Shown piece by piece: positions 29,928-42,955 of a stretch of DNA of 64,000 nucleotides (position 1 is the stretch's first letter; each line of letters begins with the position of its first letter). The notes under the pieces were generated by a model. It did no database searches and was not told where the DNA came from. It was given only the letters and a program-made list of their open reading frames with translations. A program made the position numbers and the translations under genes. The DNA is from Auanema rhodensis. Taxonomy: Eukaryota > Animalia > Nematoda. The stretch spans positions 8,370,001-8,434,000 of the forward strand of contig OZ059896.1 of assembly GCA_964057225.1 (NCBI GenBank), in the 5' to 3' direction.

Positions 29928-32900
29928 ATGTTAGCGTCGACATTATCAACGACGACTGAATTATTTGAAACTCTGACCACTACAAGTAAACCTACTGTTG
30001 CTTTGGTCCCAATATCGGAAGAAGCCGCAAATCAACTTTTGCAATTTCTAAAAACTATATATTCATGGCTGATTCCTATTATGATAATAATATTATTAGT
30101 AAGTTATATCTTATTCATGAAAAATTTACAGTAAACCATATTTAAAATTAATTTTTCTTTTTGTATGATACAAATATTTTCTAGATTGCCATAATTGGAA
30201 ATGGGGTAATAGTATTGTCTTCACCCTGGATGTCTTCACCAGTTTCTCCATATTTGAAATTATGTATCAGTTTAGCTGCAGCTGATATGTGGGCGGCTTT
30301 CCTCCTAATTACAGGTGAAATATTCAACTTTTCTAGATTATCTTCTTCTTTGATATGAAAAAAAAATCTAAGAGTTCAAATAATTGGTCTTTCTATGGTT
30401 ATTACAAATTTATGATGACACTCAATACTTTAATATTCTGCATCTATTCGAACTACATCGAATCTTAGTTACTACATCACACATCTAATATTCCAAGTAT
30501 TCTTCCTAGTTCTATATCTTTCGTTTTAGAGAAAAAAAGAAAGAGTTGTGTTCAAAAATTCCCACAGAACATCATTTCATTAAAAAAGAGCATAAAACTG
30601 ATTTATGATTATATGAAAAATGTTTTCATATTATGCATATCATTACTTCATCATTATTAATGAGCTTGCACTTCATTTTTTAAATTTGCTGCCCACTATC
30701 AATTCACTAATATAGAATAGAAATTCGTTTTCGACAACCAATAGATATACAGTATATAGCTGAATATTTTATAAATATTATAAATTAAATATTTAAGAAG
30801 TTAAACACACGATATATGTATATTTTATTATTTTAATTATTTTAAACTTCAAATATTATTCAATTTTTCTAATACTCATCTTATTCAATATTCACAAATC
30901 AGGATTTTTATTTTTATTTTGTTTTTCTATATATATTATTTCAGGTTTAATTGTGAATTCCTATATGCCTGTAGTTCTGGGATTTTCAACGAAAAGCAAT
31001 TGCCTCTTTGCTTGGTTAGAAATGTTTCGAATGTCAGGAATGCTCACATCAGATTTACACCTTTTTGCTTTGGGAATAAATCAGTTTGTCGGAACTAAAT
31101 GGCCTTTGAAATATAAGGTATTCTATATATCTACGGACTTTTTAAATTTAAATAAGAATCAAATTAAATATTTAATTAAGTTGATACATAAATATTCGGC
31201 ATTCACATATACATGTACATATGTACATATATGTATGTAGATTAAAAATCTATTTTGAACTTGTTTAAGATATAGATATGATCTTAAACTTATAATAGAA
31301 AATCGGATAAATATCATATCAAGACTTTTTTTGTTTGAATTTCTGCAATAGCTCTTGATTGAACATCATTATTAGATAGAATGTGTCACCTCATTTGCAT
31401 TTTTTAGTTCCTTGAAAATAGTTCCTTAGTCTTTCTATCCTTCAATATAAACTTTAATTAAAAATGTAATAGAAATGACATTGCTGTACATGGCATTCAT
31501 GTCATAACCATATACAATAGCTTATAATTACTGACCACTACGAGCAGTTTTGCATGTGCATCATATAGTTAAATTTCTCTTATAATATATAATTTAAAAT
31601 GAGCAGCTTTAAAGTTGTTGATGAACTGTCCCGCCATTTTAACTCGCCAAATTCTCTCTTTTTCCAATCCCGTTGGCTTAATTTTACTATTTCAAACTGA
31701 ACTGCTAAGTCTTATTCATAGCTATTTAACTGAAAGAAGGGTAGTGTGAAGCTCCCACGAGGGATCTGTCTAGTTTTTCATGCATCTTGTCAAATAGACT
31801 AACAAAGCTAGTGCAAATCCGCATGAAAATTGAAAAAAATGCGTTTTTTTCTTTTAGCCTTCTCAAATATTCGACACAATCTCGAGTTCCACATATCACA
31901 ATAAGTCATGTTAGTTGTTTTAAAACATACTGAACTGTAGCGTTTCTCATGAGATTTGAACTTTACGAAATGAAAATTGAAAGCTGTCATGATTTACTGG
32001 ATGAAGATAGTACAAGGTCCAAAACAGGAACATCATGATTATTTCAAGAATTTTTATTTTCCTGTTACTGCACGACTGTTGAATCTTTCAAAGTTTTTAT
32101 TTATTTGTCTCATTGATGAAACGGGAAGAAACTTGAAAAGTCAAAATGAATTTTTTATCTTCTCATTAAAATTCTCAAAAATAAGAATAAATTTTCAAAT
32201 TAAAAAAAGGAAATACTTAACATTTGAAAACCTGAACATATGAATTTTCAGGTTATGGTAACGACTAGACGAATGCGCTATATTATTTTAGCTTTATGGG
32301 TTGTCCCACTCTGTTTTGTTGGATCATGGTAAGATTTCTTGCTAAATTTTATCCGGCAATGATTTACGACAAAAAAAAAGAAAAATTATATATAATTACA
32401 TGAACTAGTTAGCTCATCAATTCATCTGTTTAGGTTTATGTCAAATGAATCAGACGGCTTACGTCACCCTGAATGCCGTTTCGTATTTTACGAGCAATTC
32501 CCATTCCGTGTTACCATCTTCCTAACGTTTATGATTCCTCTCTTAGCCACTCTATTCATTTATGGAATGATTCTCATTAATTTACTCAAAGCAAAAGCTG
32601 AATTTGAGATGTGCACAAACGAGAGGTAATATTGATCTCAAAACTGAATTTCATAAAATATTTTGATTGACAGGCTAACAAATTCTAATAATTCTCGACG
32701 TTCCAATGTTCATTCAAAATTAAAACTTGTATGGACAACGTTACTGATTGTTTCTTCGTTTTCACTTAGTTGGGGCCTATGTGTCTTATATTTCGTGCTG
32801 GTGTGTAAGGTTTGTATATATATTTTTTTCAAAATCTGAAATGAAATAGCAGTTTGGTCGCAAAATTCACTGGTTTCATTGTGAAGCTATTTTGGCATTT

Positions 32901-33650
32901 ATTGAAGCTGGGATATGGATTGGCTGTATTCCCATTGCTAAAAATAATTTAACATTTGTTTTCCAAGACCCAAAAAAAAACATCGAAAACTATAATTAGT
33001 CTAAAAATTTTATATAAATCAAAGAATAATGATTTTGAGATATCTCGATATCAAAACGATTTTCATAATTATTTCTTAGTCAAGCAGATGGTTATATTAA
33101 TGCAGGAAATTTTAATACAATGATGAAAAGAAAATGTTTTTCTTGTTCATGTAACCATCTGTAAAATTATAACTATATTACGTAATACAAAAGTAAAATT
33201 AGTAAGAAAAACATATTTTGTTTTTAATCATTCACTCATGTAATTACGTTTTTCTCTCTATTTATGTTCTTAATTGTAGGAAGGCTGTGTCTTCACATAT
33301 CTTGTAGACGTGGATTTCTATCTGGGCTTGTTTCTCAGTTCATCTGTTCAAATGCTGGTAAGTTCAGACTAGCCAATTGGAATAAATAAAAACATAAATC
33401 TATTTTCAACTACCGTGTTTCTCTTTCACTGAGTTCACTAACAAGTACATATTTAAATATTTATTTATAGGTAATGCTAAAATTGGCTTCCAATCCGTTT
33501 ATTTATACACTGAGAATAAAGGCTATACGAGCAAGTGTGGATAGTCTACTTAACTTTGTCTGTCGTCGAAGAACCTATCCAAGTGCTAAAGCTTCAAAAA
33601 CGGGTGTTGCACTTCTACACAGTGGATCTGCAATGAATAATTCCGTATGA
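29928..33650 (+). CDS. Rhodopsin-class GPCR, AEX-2/AEXR-like putative neuropeptide receptor, 378 aa. Exons 29928-30098, 30185-30314, 30945-31117, 32252-32328, 32434-32625, 32674-32809, 33280-33357, 33471-33650
   Basis: Seven hydrophobic segments: TM1 IAIIGNG, TM2 SLAAAD, TM3 CLFAWLEMFRMSGMLTSDLHLFALGINQF (NQF in place of DRY), WPLKY, TM4 W, TM7 NPFIY. Exon phases sum to 1137 nt. AATAAA at 33885-33890. Subfamily assignment is from memory. Confidence 0.9.
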
Positions 33651-34103
33651 TTGTTTTTATATTCTTAGAGTTCAAATTATAATGCTTTAAGTCCATATGA
33701 TGAAGTTCAATCAACATCTTATTATGGAGCAGGCAGCTAGAGAAATTATATTTTATTACGGCTACGTTATATGCTCAATATATTTATATCATTAAAATAT
33801 TATATTACTGTTCAATTAAAATTTTGATCATTTATCTACTTGTCAACGTGTAGTATTATGTGGAAACTATTATATGATCTCATTAATAAATACAGATTAT
33901 CTTTAAAATCTTTTTTTTTTTGCTATTTTATTATAAACATGAGAATTAAAAGGGACAAAAAAAGAAACAGCAAACAATCCAAATATATCGAATATATTGA
34001 CAAAGAATGAATATACAAAAGAAGGCACAACTCAAAATATAGAAAATCACTGGTATTCAGAAAACGAACAAAAAGCCTATAATTCGATTACGGAAAAGAG
34101 AAT

Positions 34104-35954
34104 TTAACTATATTCCTTGTTAAGAGATCGGCCAATGATAAGTCTGCGAACCTGTAATAGATGTTAATATGATATTGTATTCTTAACTGTTTTCAAACCT
34201 CGCTTGTTCCGGCTCCAATCTCGTAAAGTTTAGCATCTCTAAGAAGTCGGCCGGTTGGATAATCGTTGATGTATCCATTTCCTCCTGAAACATTGTGATA
34301 TATTAAGAATAACTTGATTAATCAGAACAAAGAAATAAATGCAGCTGAACCACATTCCTGATAGTATTATTATTACACAAAAAGCAACATTAATGTTGAT
34401 AGTGAATAGATAAAGATCAAACTTTTCAAATAAAATATATGTTTACCTAAAATTTGAATAGCATCCAAGCAGACTTTGGTAGCATTTTCAGCCAAGTAAA
34501 GGATAACTCCAGCACAGTCCTAAACGAAATGAAATGGATACAAAATAATTAAATATTAATTAAAGAAGATTGAAATGCATTCTTAATAATGAAGATGATA
34601 TAAAAAGACTGACCTTATTCGATACATTTCCTTGATCAGCAGCCTTGGCAACAGCATAAAGGTAAGCACGAGAAGCATTTAAAGTTGTGTACATATCGGC
34701 GAGCTTTCCTTGAATAAGTTGGAAAGTTCCAATCTTTTGTCCGAACTGTTCTCTTTGATGAGCATAATCAAAGGTAATATCACAAGCAGCTTGCATAAGT
34801 CTAAAATAGGTAGTGTAAATTTGAGAATAACGTATTATTATACCCAAGTGGTCCACCGGACAATACTAAACGCTCATAATCGAGACCAGTCATCAAAACA
34901 TACACTCCTTTACCAATTCCTCCCATAACATTTTCTTCTGAAATAAAAATTTTGCTAAAAAATTTAAATGGTGGTTGACCTGGAATTTCACAGTTTTCGA
35001 AGACGAGCTCACATGTGTTGGATCCACGCATACCAAGCTTATCTAATTTTGGAGAAGTAGAGAAACCAGGGAATCCCTGAATATATCTTCAGTTTAATAT
35101 AGAATTCAGTAATCTTTACCTTTTCAACCAAGAAGCAAGTAATACCGTGTTGATGCTTCTGTGGATCAGTTTTGGCATAAACAACAAGAACATCAGCATC
35201 AGGTCCATTAGTTATCCAAAATTTAGATCCGTTCAAAACGTATCTGAAAAAAAAGAACTCAATGTTGAAAACAAAGAAAAACAAACTTATTTCCTTTCTT
35301 GGTAGCTGTTAATTTCATGCTAACAACATCAGATCCAGCTCCAGGTTCGGACATAGCTAACGCTCCCATATGTTCTCCGCTAATCAACTAAACAAAGGTT
35401 GATATATATGAAAAAAATATTTCTACAAACTTTTGGAAGGTATTTAGCTCTTTGTTCTTCATTTCCATTTCTAACGATTTGATTAACACATAAGTTTGAG
35501 TGAGCACCATATGACAAAGCAATTGCTCCAGAGGCTCTTGATAATTCTTCCATGGCCAAAACATGAGAGAAGTAGCTCAGCCCGGAACCTCCGTACTCAG
35601 CTGCATTGAACGAATATCAAAATTAATAAAACATTTATTATTACCAGGAGCAGTAATTCCAAGAAGACCCTGGTCTCCTAACTTTTTCCAGAACTGTCTT
35701 AGACCATCCCACCCATTATTCTTATCAATTCCTTGAGCATATGGAGAGAGTTCTTTCTCAGAGAAGACACGAAGAGACTGACGGAACTAGAAAATTAATT
35801 CATGTATAAAAAACAGTTCATACATAGATATAGATACCGCAATTTCATCCTCTGTGAGTCCGAAAACAGTGTCAGGGATTGGATAAGAAGACATCTGTCT
35901 TCCAGTAGTAGGAAGTAATGGGCGAAAAACTTTAAGAAGATTGAAGCGGCTCAT
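34104..35954 (-). CDS. ivd-1: Isovaleryl-CoA dehydrogenase, mitochondrial, 11 exons
   Basis: Presequence-like [14 protein letters not shown]; [106 protein letters not shown]. Confidence 0.96.
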
Positions 35955-36099
35955 TCTATAAAAAAGCAAGTTAATTGAGATTCTTTGAAATATTTAAAGA
36001 TTTCCAAAAACGACTACGAACAAAGAAATGCGAAAAAATCGTATAATTCAATATAAATATTTAGCATAGACTGTTGTACTCTCTGATGATATCAAACCA

Positions 36100-36470
36100 A
36101 AACGAAAAATTGAAAGGAAGCTTTATCAGCTGAGGAAGACCATTTAGCAAATCAGTTCATCATAAATGTGAGGTCGATAAGCAACTTCAGAAACATGAGA
36201 TTAATTGAATATAGCCCTTTGACCCCAAAAACCATATGTTATCAGTCATTTTTAAACACAGTGAATGATCAATGATGTGGGCACGAAAGAGCAAACAACG
36301 GGAGAACCAGAAAAATGTCTGTTTGCAACAGGCAAAAAAAGAAAAAGATGAAACGATAGGATAATTGAGAGATAGGGAGCTAAAACCAGAATGACAAGGA
36401 CAGACACAATGAAGATAAATGATTAGGACAAGACCTTTAACAGTTTCACGGTAAAAAACACTGATAGTAT
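36100..36470 (-). promoter_or_regulatory. ivd-1 upstream region with a GATA cluster and a DR1-like nuclear receptor site
   Basis: TGATAA on the minus strand at 36123-36128 and 36239-36244 (ACTGATAA, ELT-2-type); GGGTCA-A-AGGGCT on the minus strand at 36213-36225; further GATA cores nearby. Confidence 0.4.
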
Positions 36471-36684
36471 AATTTTATTAGAACTTTTACCAATTAATCT
36501 AATGAATCACAATGAGTATATAATGCATTAGAATTAGTATAAAAATGAATAAATTAAAACAAGCAGGTAGGCTTTCAAATAAATAGTGAATGAGCACACT
36601 TGACACATAAGCTCTTGACTAGGTAAGGTATGTATGATTAGTAATTGATAATATGATTAGTACGAAATACAAAATAGGCATAAA

Positions 36685-37139
36685 TTAATGTTCAGGTGGA
36701 GGATAAACTTTTCCCAGAATAAGTTTCTTAGTGTTATACACTTCTCTAGCAATTTGTCTTTGAAGACGGCTTAAACGATCATGAAGCTGCCCCATCGTCT
36801 GAATTAAAACTATGATAAGAACTACTCAAAAACCTACAGTTTCAGTGGCAGCCATTCTTCGTTTAGCATCATGTAATTTATCTACATACACTTGAAGATC
36901 ATAAGGCGCTTCGGTCTCGTTGAAATCATGTAGATACTAAAGATAACACTCAAAAAGGAAAAAATATCAAAACATACATCTGACAAAATCACAATATTTT
37001 TCAGTAGTAATTCTTGGCTATTCCTAGCCTCATTAATTTGATACTCAAGATTATATACCGATTCGTTCAAAGATGCCAGTATAAGGTCTCCTGAATTCAA
37101 TTGAACACTGTGATATGCAGAATTCATCTCGTTGTTCAT
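36685..37139 (-). CDS. snpn-1: Snapin (BLOC-1/BORC subunit), 3 exons
   Basis: MNNEMNSAYHSVQLNSGDLILASLNESVYNLEYQINEARNSQELL...PYDLQVYVDKLHDAKRR...LHDRLSRLQRQIAREVY resembles recalled C. elegans SNPN-1 (NSGDLLL, LQRQIARE). TTTCCAG acceptor sits 1 nt before the ATG; the second intron is 39 nt. Confidence 0.88.
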
Positions 37140-38054
37140 TCTGGAAAGAAAAACTATCTTGTGCTGGAAGTAAAACAAAATAAAAAAAAAGGTAAAAATA
37201 TAATCAGAATAATCAAAAATGAACACTTCTAGTATAAATCGTGAATGACGTTGAAGATAATCTTCACGAGAAGTATTGGTCCTGCCCCGCTAACATAAGC
37301 TGTTAGCGCGACTGTTGAGATTAGCATTAAATGATAGTTTGTATAAAAGTTGGTAGTGCAGGTTTAAAACTTAGCATTCAGAAATATGCAAGTGCTGTTA
37401 ATTGTTGAAGAAATACAATATTAACTGTCAGAACAACTACAATAACCTGTTTATTATTCAAGTATGTATATGTAGGTATCATAAGAACAATAAGGTTCAC
37501 TAACTTTACCGACCAAAACATTGGAAATAGAAACTGTGGAACCTAACCATGCAATAAACATTAGCTTTCCTCGTTACTATATCCAAGTTTCAATCACTGG
37601 TACTGCTCGCTTATCTCGATTTATTTATTTAAAAAAAAGGTTCTTCTCAGCAGTAAGTACGTGTTAAAAAGTTTTAATTGTTTAATTAATTAATTAACTA
37701 TCTGGAAAGTTTATAAATTTTGCAATTTTTAATGTTTAAAAAAACATCAAAACTTTTTGACAAATCAAAGTGTTATTATACATTCACTTACTGAATATAA
37801 ACTATTGAGTTTAAATTAAAATTTTACTAATAACTTTAAAGTTTGAAAACAAAAAAAAATAATGTCTAAATTTGTGAAATAAAATAATAATATTTCCATA
37901 TTTATTTATTAGTTAAAAAGTTAAAAATTGGATCGAAGACGTATTTGTAAAGCGTACTTTTACGTTGCGTACGGGGTGATTTCGTTTTACGCCGTTTCAG
38001 GGTTCTTTCGTATTACGTACGAGCTTCCTTCTGTATCTACTGCTTGTATTCACT

Positions 38055-41000
38055 ATGGGCTCTCCACAAAAGAATGATGAATTTGAAGAAATGGATCAGG
38101 AAGAAAGTTTTCATAAAATGCCATTATCTGCCGATGCCTGGCTTACCTGGTTAAAGTATCATCTCAGGTTTCCAAATTTCTATTAACATTACTTTTTTTC
38201 AGAGATCTAATTGAAGATAAAGTTGCTAAGGAAGAAATTGAAGCTCTTTTTGAAAAAGCCATTTTTGATTCTAATGATATACAACTTTGGCTAGAAATTA
38301 TTCAATGGAGCATTGGTCTCGGAGATATGAATTACACGAAACAGGTATTCGTATGAATATATCGAATCAAGACTTTTAAACTTCCAGAAACTTGAATCAG
38401 CAGTGCAAGCATTAGGACTACGTGTTGATGTAGGATCTTTGATATGGCAATCTTATTTAGATATTGAAGAACTAGTGACGCAAGGTTTCAAGCGAATATA
38501 TAAATGTTTTTAAACTTTTTTATTTCTTTCAGGCGATGAAGAAAAGGTAGAGAAAATGACTAGTTTGTTCAAGAGGGCTCTTCGTGTTCCCACAGAAGAA
38601 CTTAAAGCTATATATGACCGATATTGTGAATTTACAGGTGAGTTGCCATCTGAATGCTTATATAAATAATTGTATAGGTGGGAATCCTGCTGACGACATT
38701 AAAACAATATTCGAAAATACGCAAAAACAGTTGGAAGAATGCTTGAAGTTTGAAGCTCAACTTCGAGAAACAGATAATAGTATCGACACTTTCTGTGAAT
38801 ATCTTAATTATGAAATGGGTATTTTTTTTCTGATATTTGTAAATGTATTGTTTTTTTCTTCAGAAAGTGGAGATCCAAATCGTATTCAATCTTTTTATGA
38901 GCGTTTGGTATCAGTATTCAACCAAGATGATTCTGTATGGATGAATTACGGCAGTTGGGTAGAACAAACTCTAAAGAATACTACCCTTGCTTCTCGTATT
39001 TACGAACGAGCTGTTAGGCATTGTCCATACAGTGCTGGTCTTTGGCAGCAATTGTTGTTGGCTCTTGAGAGAGCTCATGCCGAGTCTGAGAAGATAGATA
39101 GTTTTTGGGAGAAAGCTAAAGAAACAATTAGGTACAGTACTAAGAAAATATACTTTTTTAATATTATTTTTTCAAGCACCGCTGGGGACGGCCGAGCTTT
39201 ATATCGATCTTATCTATATCTTCTTCGCCGAAGAGCTGCTAGTTCTGATAAAGATTACTCAAAGATGGCTGAAGTGTTTGAGGATGGAAAGAAGGTTTAT
39301 TTTTTTACATATGTAGTTTTCTTATACTACTTTTCATAGACTCTCACTGAATATTTTGAAAATGATTGGGATCCAAAAATGGAATACAGGAAAAACTATG
39401 CTCATTTTGCTCTATCGCTGTTGAAAGATGTGAATAAGGTATAAAAATACTTTTGTGCTTCTTTATTTATTCCACTGCAGGTTCGCGAACTTTGGAAAGA
39501 TATTCTAGCTTCTGGAGGAGGACGCTTCGCTGAAAAATGGTTAGAAGGAATTCACGTTGAACGACAAATCGGAGATATTCCTGCAGCTCGTAAAATGTTT
39601 TATAAGGTAATTCAGAATTCTACTGTTAACTTATTATTTACTTTTATCCTGAATTTTAGGCTTTGAACTCTGTTTCTGATCATCCCAATTTGATTTACGA
39701 AGCATTTATACAATTTGAAAGAGAAGAGGGTACACTTACAGAACTTGATCTCGCACTTGAAAAAGTATGTTTCTTTGCAGTTACAAAATTTGCATTCCGT
39801 TGTTTAGGTGAATAATCAAGTCCGTCATCGTAGTTCTAGACCTCAAAAGAAGGAGGAAAAAGGAAGAAAAAGTGATGAGCATCAGCGACCAAATGATAAA
39901 GAGAAGAAGAAAGATAGAAAACGACCATCTGACACTTCATATGATGCGCCGACCAAGAAGCCTGCACCTACTAAGGTTTGTTTTTATATAACTTAAACTT
40001 TAACGAATTGAATATGAAGGAAAATGGTGCTCCTACTCCAACCAAGGATAAGGATGGATTTGCAATGCCTTCCTTGCCAATCACTCGTCCACCTAAGGTA
40101 TATATTAAATTGTTTTGTAATTTTACATTCCTTATTAAGGCGGCTTCTAAGTCTGATCAGCAAGAAGTTGAGCAATCCTCTGCTGCACCATCTTCTTTGG
40201 ATGGTAAATTTACTGTTTTTGTCTCTAATCTGGATTTCAAAGTTACCCCTGATGAAATCACCTCTGTAAGTCATATTAGGTTTTTTTTTATTTTTTAAAT
40301 ATTTATATAAGGTGTTGGAAGGAACTACTGATGTTCGTTTGTTGTATCGTGGTACAAGTAAACTGCATAAAGGATACGGATATGTGGACTTTGATAGTGA
40401 AGCTAGTATGAAGCGTGCTTTGAGTATGGATAGAACTCCTATTAATGGAAGGCCAATGCTGGTATAGAACCGTTTCAGCATAGGATAGAAGTTTAAACTT
40501 TTTTTTAGATTTCTGTAAATGACCCCGAGAAGCGTCAGACATTCAAATATGGCACTGGCTTGGAGAAAAACAAAGTGTTTGTTCGCAATGTTCATTATGA
40601 TTGTACAGAAGAGCAGCTAAGGGTTTGTATTTTTTCTGTGATTTTTTGCTAAATATTGATGCTTTGTAAGGGAATATTCTCTGATTTTGGTGAAGTCAAA
40701 GATGTTCGAGTTGTGCAGCATAAGTCTGGAAAGTCTAAAGGATGCGCTTACGTAGATTTCGCTACCGAAGAAGCAGCTACTAAAGCCATAAATGCCGAAA
40801 TTACTTTATTGGGTTAGTTTTCCTTGTGCTGAAACATAATGTGTAAATTTACAACTTTCAGAAAGACGTTTATCGGTTGCATTATCGAACCCTCCTAAGA
40901 AGGCTGATCCTAACGATTTAAAATTGCCCGAAATAACTGCGGAAGGAAGAAAAGCTAGCTTACAGATTGTTCCACGCTCATTAGCCGGAAAAGGCAGACC

Positions 41001-41064
41001 TGCTCCTTCCAAACCTTTGGGCAAAAATATGAGTAATGATCAGTTTAGAAACTTATTCAAGTAG
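38055..41064 (+). CDS. sart-3: SART3/Prp24 U4/U6 snRNP recycling factor, 17 exons
   Basis: HAT repeats (IYERAVRHCPYSAGLW, FEREEGTL), two RRMs (TVFVSNLDF...KGYGYVDF; KVFVRNVHY...KGCAYVDF) and the C-terminal LSm-binding motif MSNDQFRNLFK*. Confidence 0.95.
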
Positions 41065-41377
41065 AGTTCAAGGAAGAATTGTTCACAATAAGTTTCGATC
41101 GATTTGATCTCTCGTTATCCCGTAACAGGTCAAGTTTATTATAATTTGCTGTTCTTGAAAAAAAATCTATTTATATTTTTTTGACAGTTTCATGTTTTAT
41201 CTTTGATCCTCTTTTTGCTGGTAATAATTGTTGCACTTTCCATCTGTTATATCAAATATAAATTTTTTTAAAATGCTTGTTTTTGTCATCTTTTTTTGAA
41301 ATAGTATGAAACCAAATAGTATTTGTCATGTTTAATTAATGCTCACTAGGTATTATACATTTTTTGTGTTTAGTAAG

Positions 41378-42670
41378 ATGAATTATGACTGCAAAGATGC
41401 TGATGAGGACGCTCACTTATTAGCTCCTTTTGAATATATTAGGTGCATGTCAGGAAAGCAGGTAATCTCTCATAGTTCAGTTCTATATTTCTTTCCTTAC
41501 AAATTTCCGAATGCATACCAATTTCACTATTCCTTATTCTATTTTATATAGATTCGAAGTAAGTTGTCTGTAGCATTTAATGAATGGCTGCAGATTGATG
41601 CATCTTACTTACACGCAATAATGGGTAGGCACTATACTCGGAAACACCTTATTTTTTTTTGTTCTATAGAAATTGTTGAGATGCTTCATAATGCTTCTTT
41701 AATGATTGATGATATAGAGGATAATTCCGTCCTACGCCGAGGACTTCCAGTAACTCATAGTATATACGGTACCGCACGTACTATCAATACGGCCAACTAT
41801 GTATACTTTATTGCTTTGGAGAAATGTGTTAAGCTAGGAAACATGGAAGCAATAAGAACTTTTAATGGTGTCGTTCCCTAATACTTAGTTTGATGTGTGA
41901 TTTTCCACTTATAGACCAAATGCTTCAGTTACATAAAGGTCAAGGAAAGGAGCTCTTCTGGCGGGACTCTGTTATATGTCCTAACGAGAAGCAATATGAA
42001 GAAATGGTTTTACAGAGTATGTTTTAGTGGGATCTTACATATATAGCATTCGAATAATTTCAGAAACTGGAGGGTTATTTTTCCTTGCGGTCCATCTAAT
42101 GGCTTTATTCAGTGAGAAGAAATTTGATTTTTCCAATCTTTTGCGTCTTTTAGCGTTGTTTTTCCAAATTAGGTAAAACTAAGTACAAATTAGAAAAATA
42201 TAAAGTTACTTCTTCAAGGGACGATTACCTTAACCTTGTCTCTTCGGACATGGCAAAGCTGAAAACTTTAGCTGAAGATTTAACCGAAGGAAAATTCTCT
42301 TTCCCCATAATTCATTCAATTCAAAATTCTCAAAATAAGCATGACGATCCTGTTTTAAGTATGAGAACAATTTTCGTTTTACTATTTTATTTATACTGAA
42401 ATTCAGATATTTTACGACAAAGGACACATTCTGTGGATGTAAAGCAATACTGTATTAAATTGATGGAAGAGAGAGGCTCCTTCAAGTAAGATGCTGTTCA
42501 CTTAAAACTTGACCATTGATATAAAAGTGATTTTATTTGTTTTTAGATATACTGTTGAACGTCTCACAATTTTAAGTGAACAAATCAAAGAAGAACTTGC
42601 TCGTTTAGGTGGAAACCGCAAATTAGAAGAAGTGATGACTCTGCTCGAAGAATCTATTGTTCCTAAATAA
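41378..42670 (+). CDS. GGPS1: Geranylgeranyl pyrophosphate synthase (type III), 8 exons
   Basis: [29 protein letters not shown] (first Asp-rich motif), [40 protein letters not shown]. Confidence 0.95.
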
Positions 42671-42955
42671 GGACATTCAGAAGTATATTCTGACAGCCGA
42701 ACTTTCTCACACATTTCATGTTTGATTTTGAAAATTTCGTTTCGTATAACTCCAAAAAGTTTTAATTATGTATCCTATTAATTACTATCATTATAACGTT
42801 TTGTTCTCAACTGGTGACTTTTAACTCGTTTTAACTTATTTCCTATTAATTTATCAACCTTCTTATTTTGTATCAATTTTTTTGGTTTTTTTTAAATTTA
42901 CAGTTTTCAACAAAGAAAATTTTGAAGCTTTTTAATTTTTTTTAATGCTTCATAC

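Noticed and set aside
37361-37385. GGTTTAAAAC resembling the start of an SL2 RNA
   Set aside because: Lacks CCAG, the AG|GT donor at about nt 22 and an Sm site.
39993-40595. 200-aa minus-strand ORF
   Set aside because: Antisense shadow of sart-3 RRM exons; no independent gene signals.
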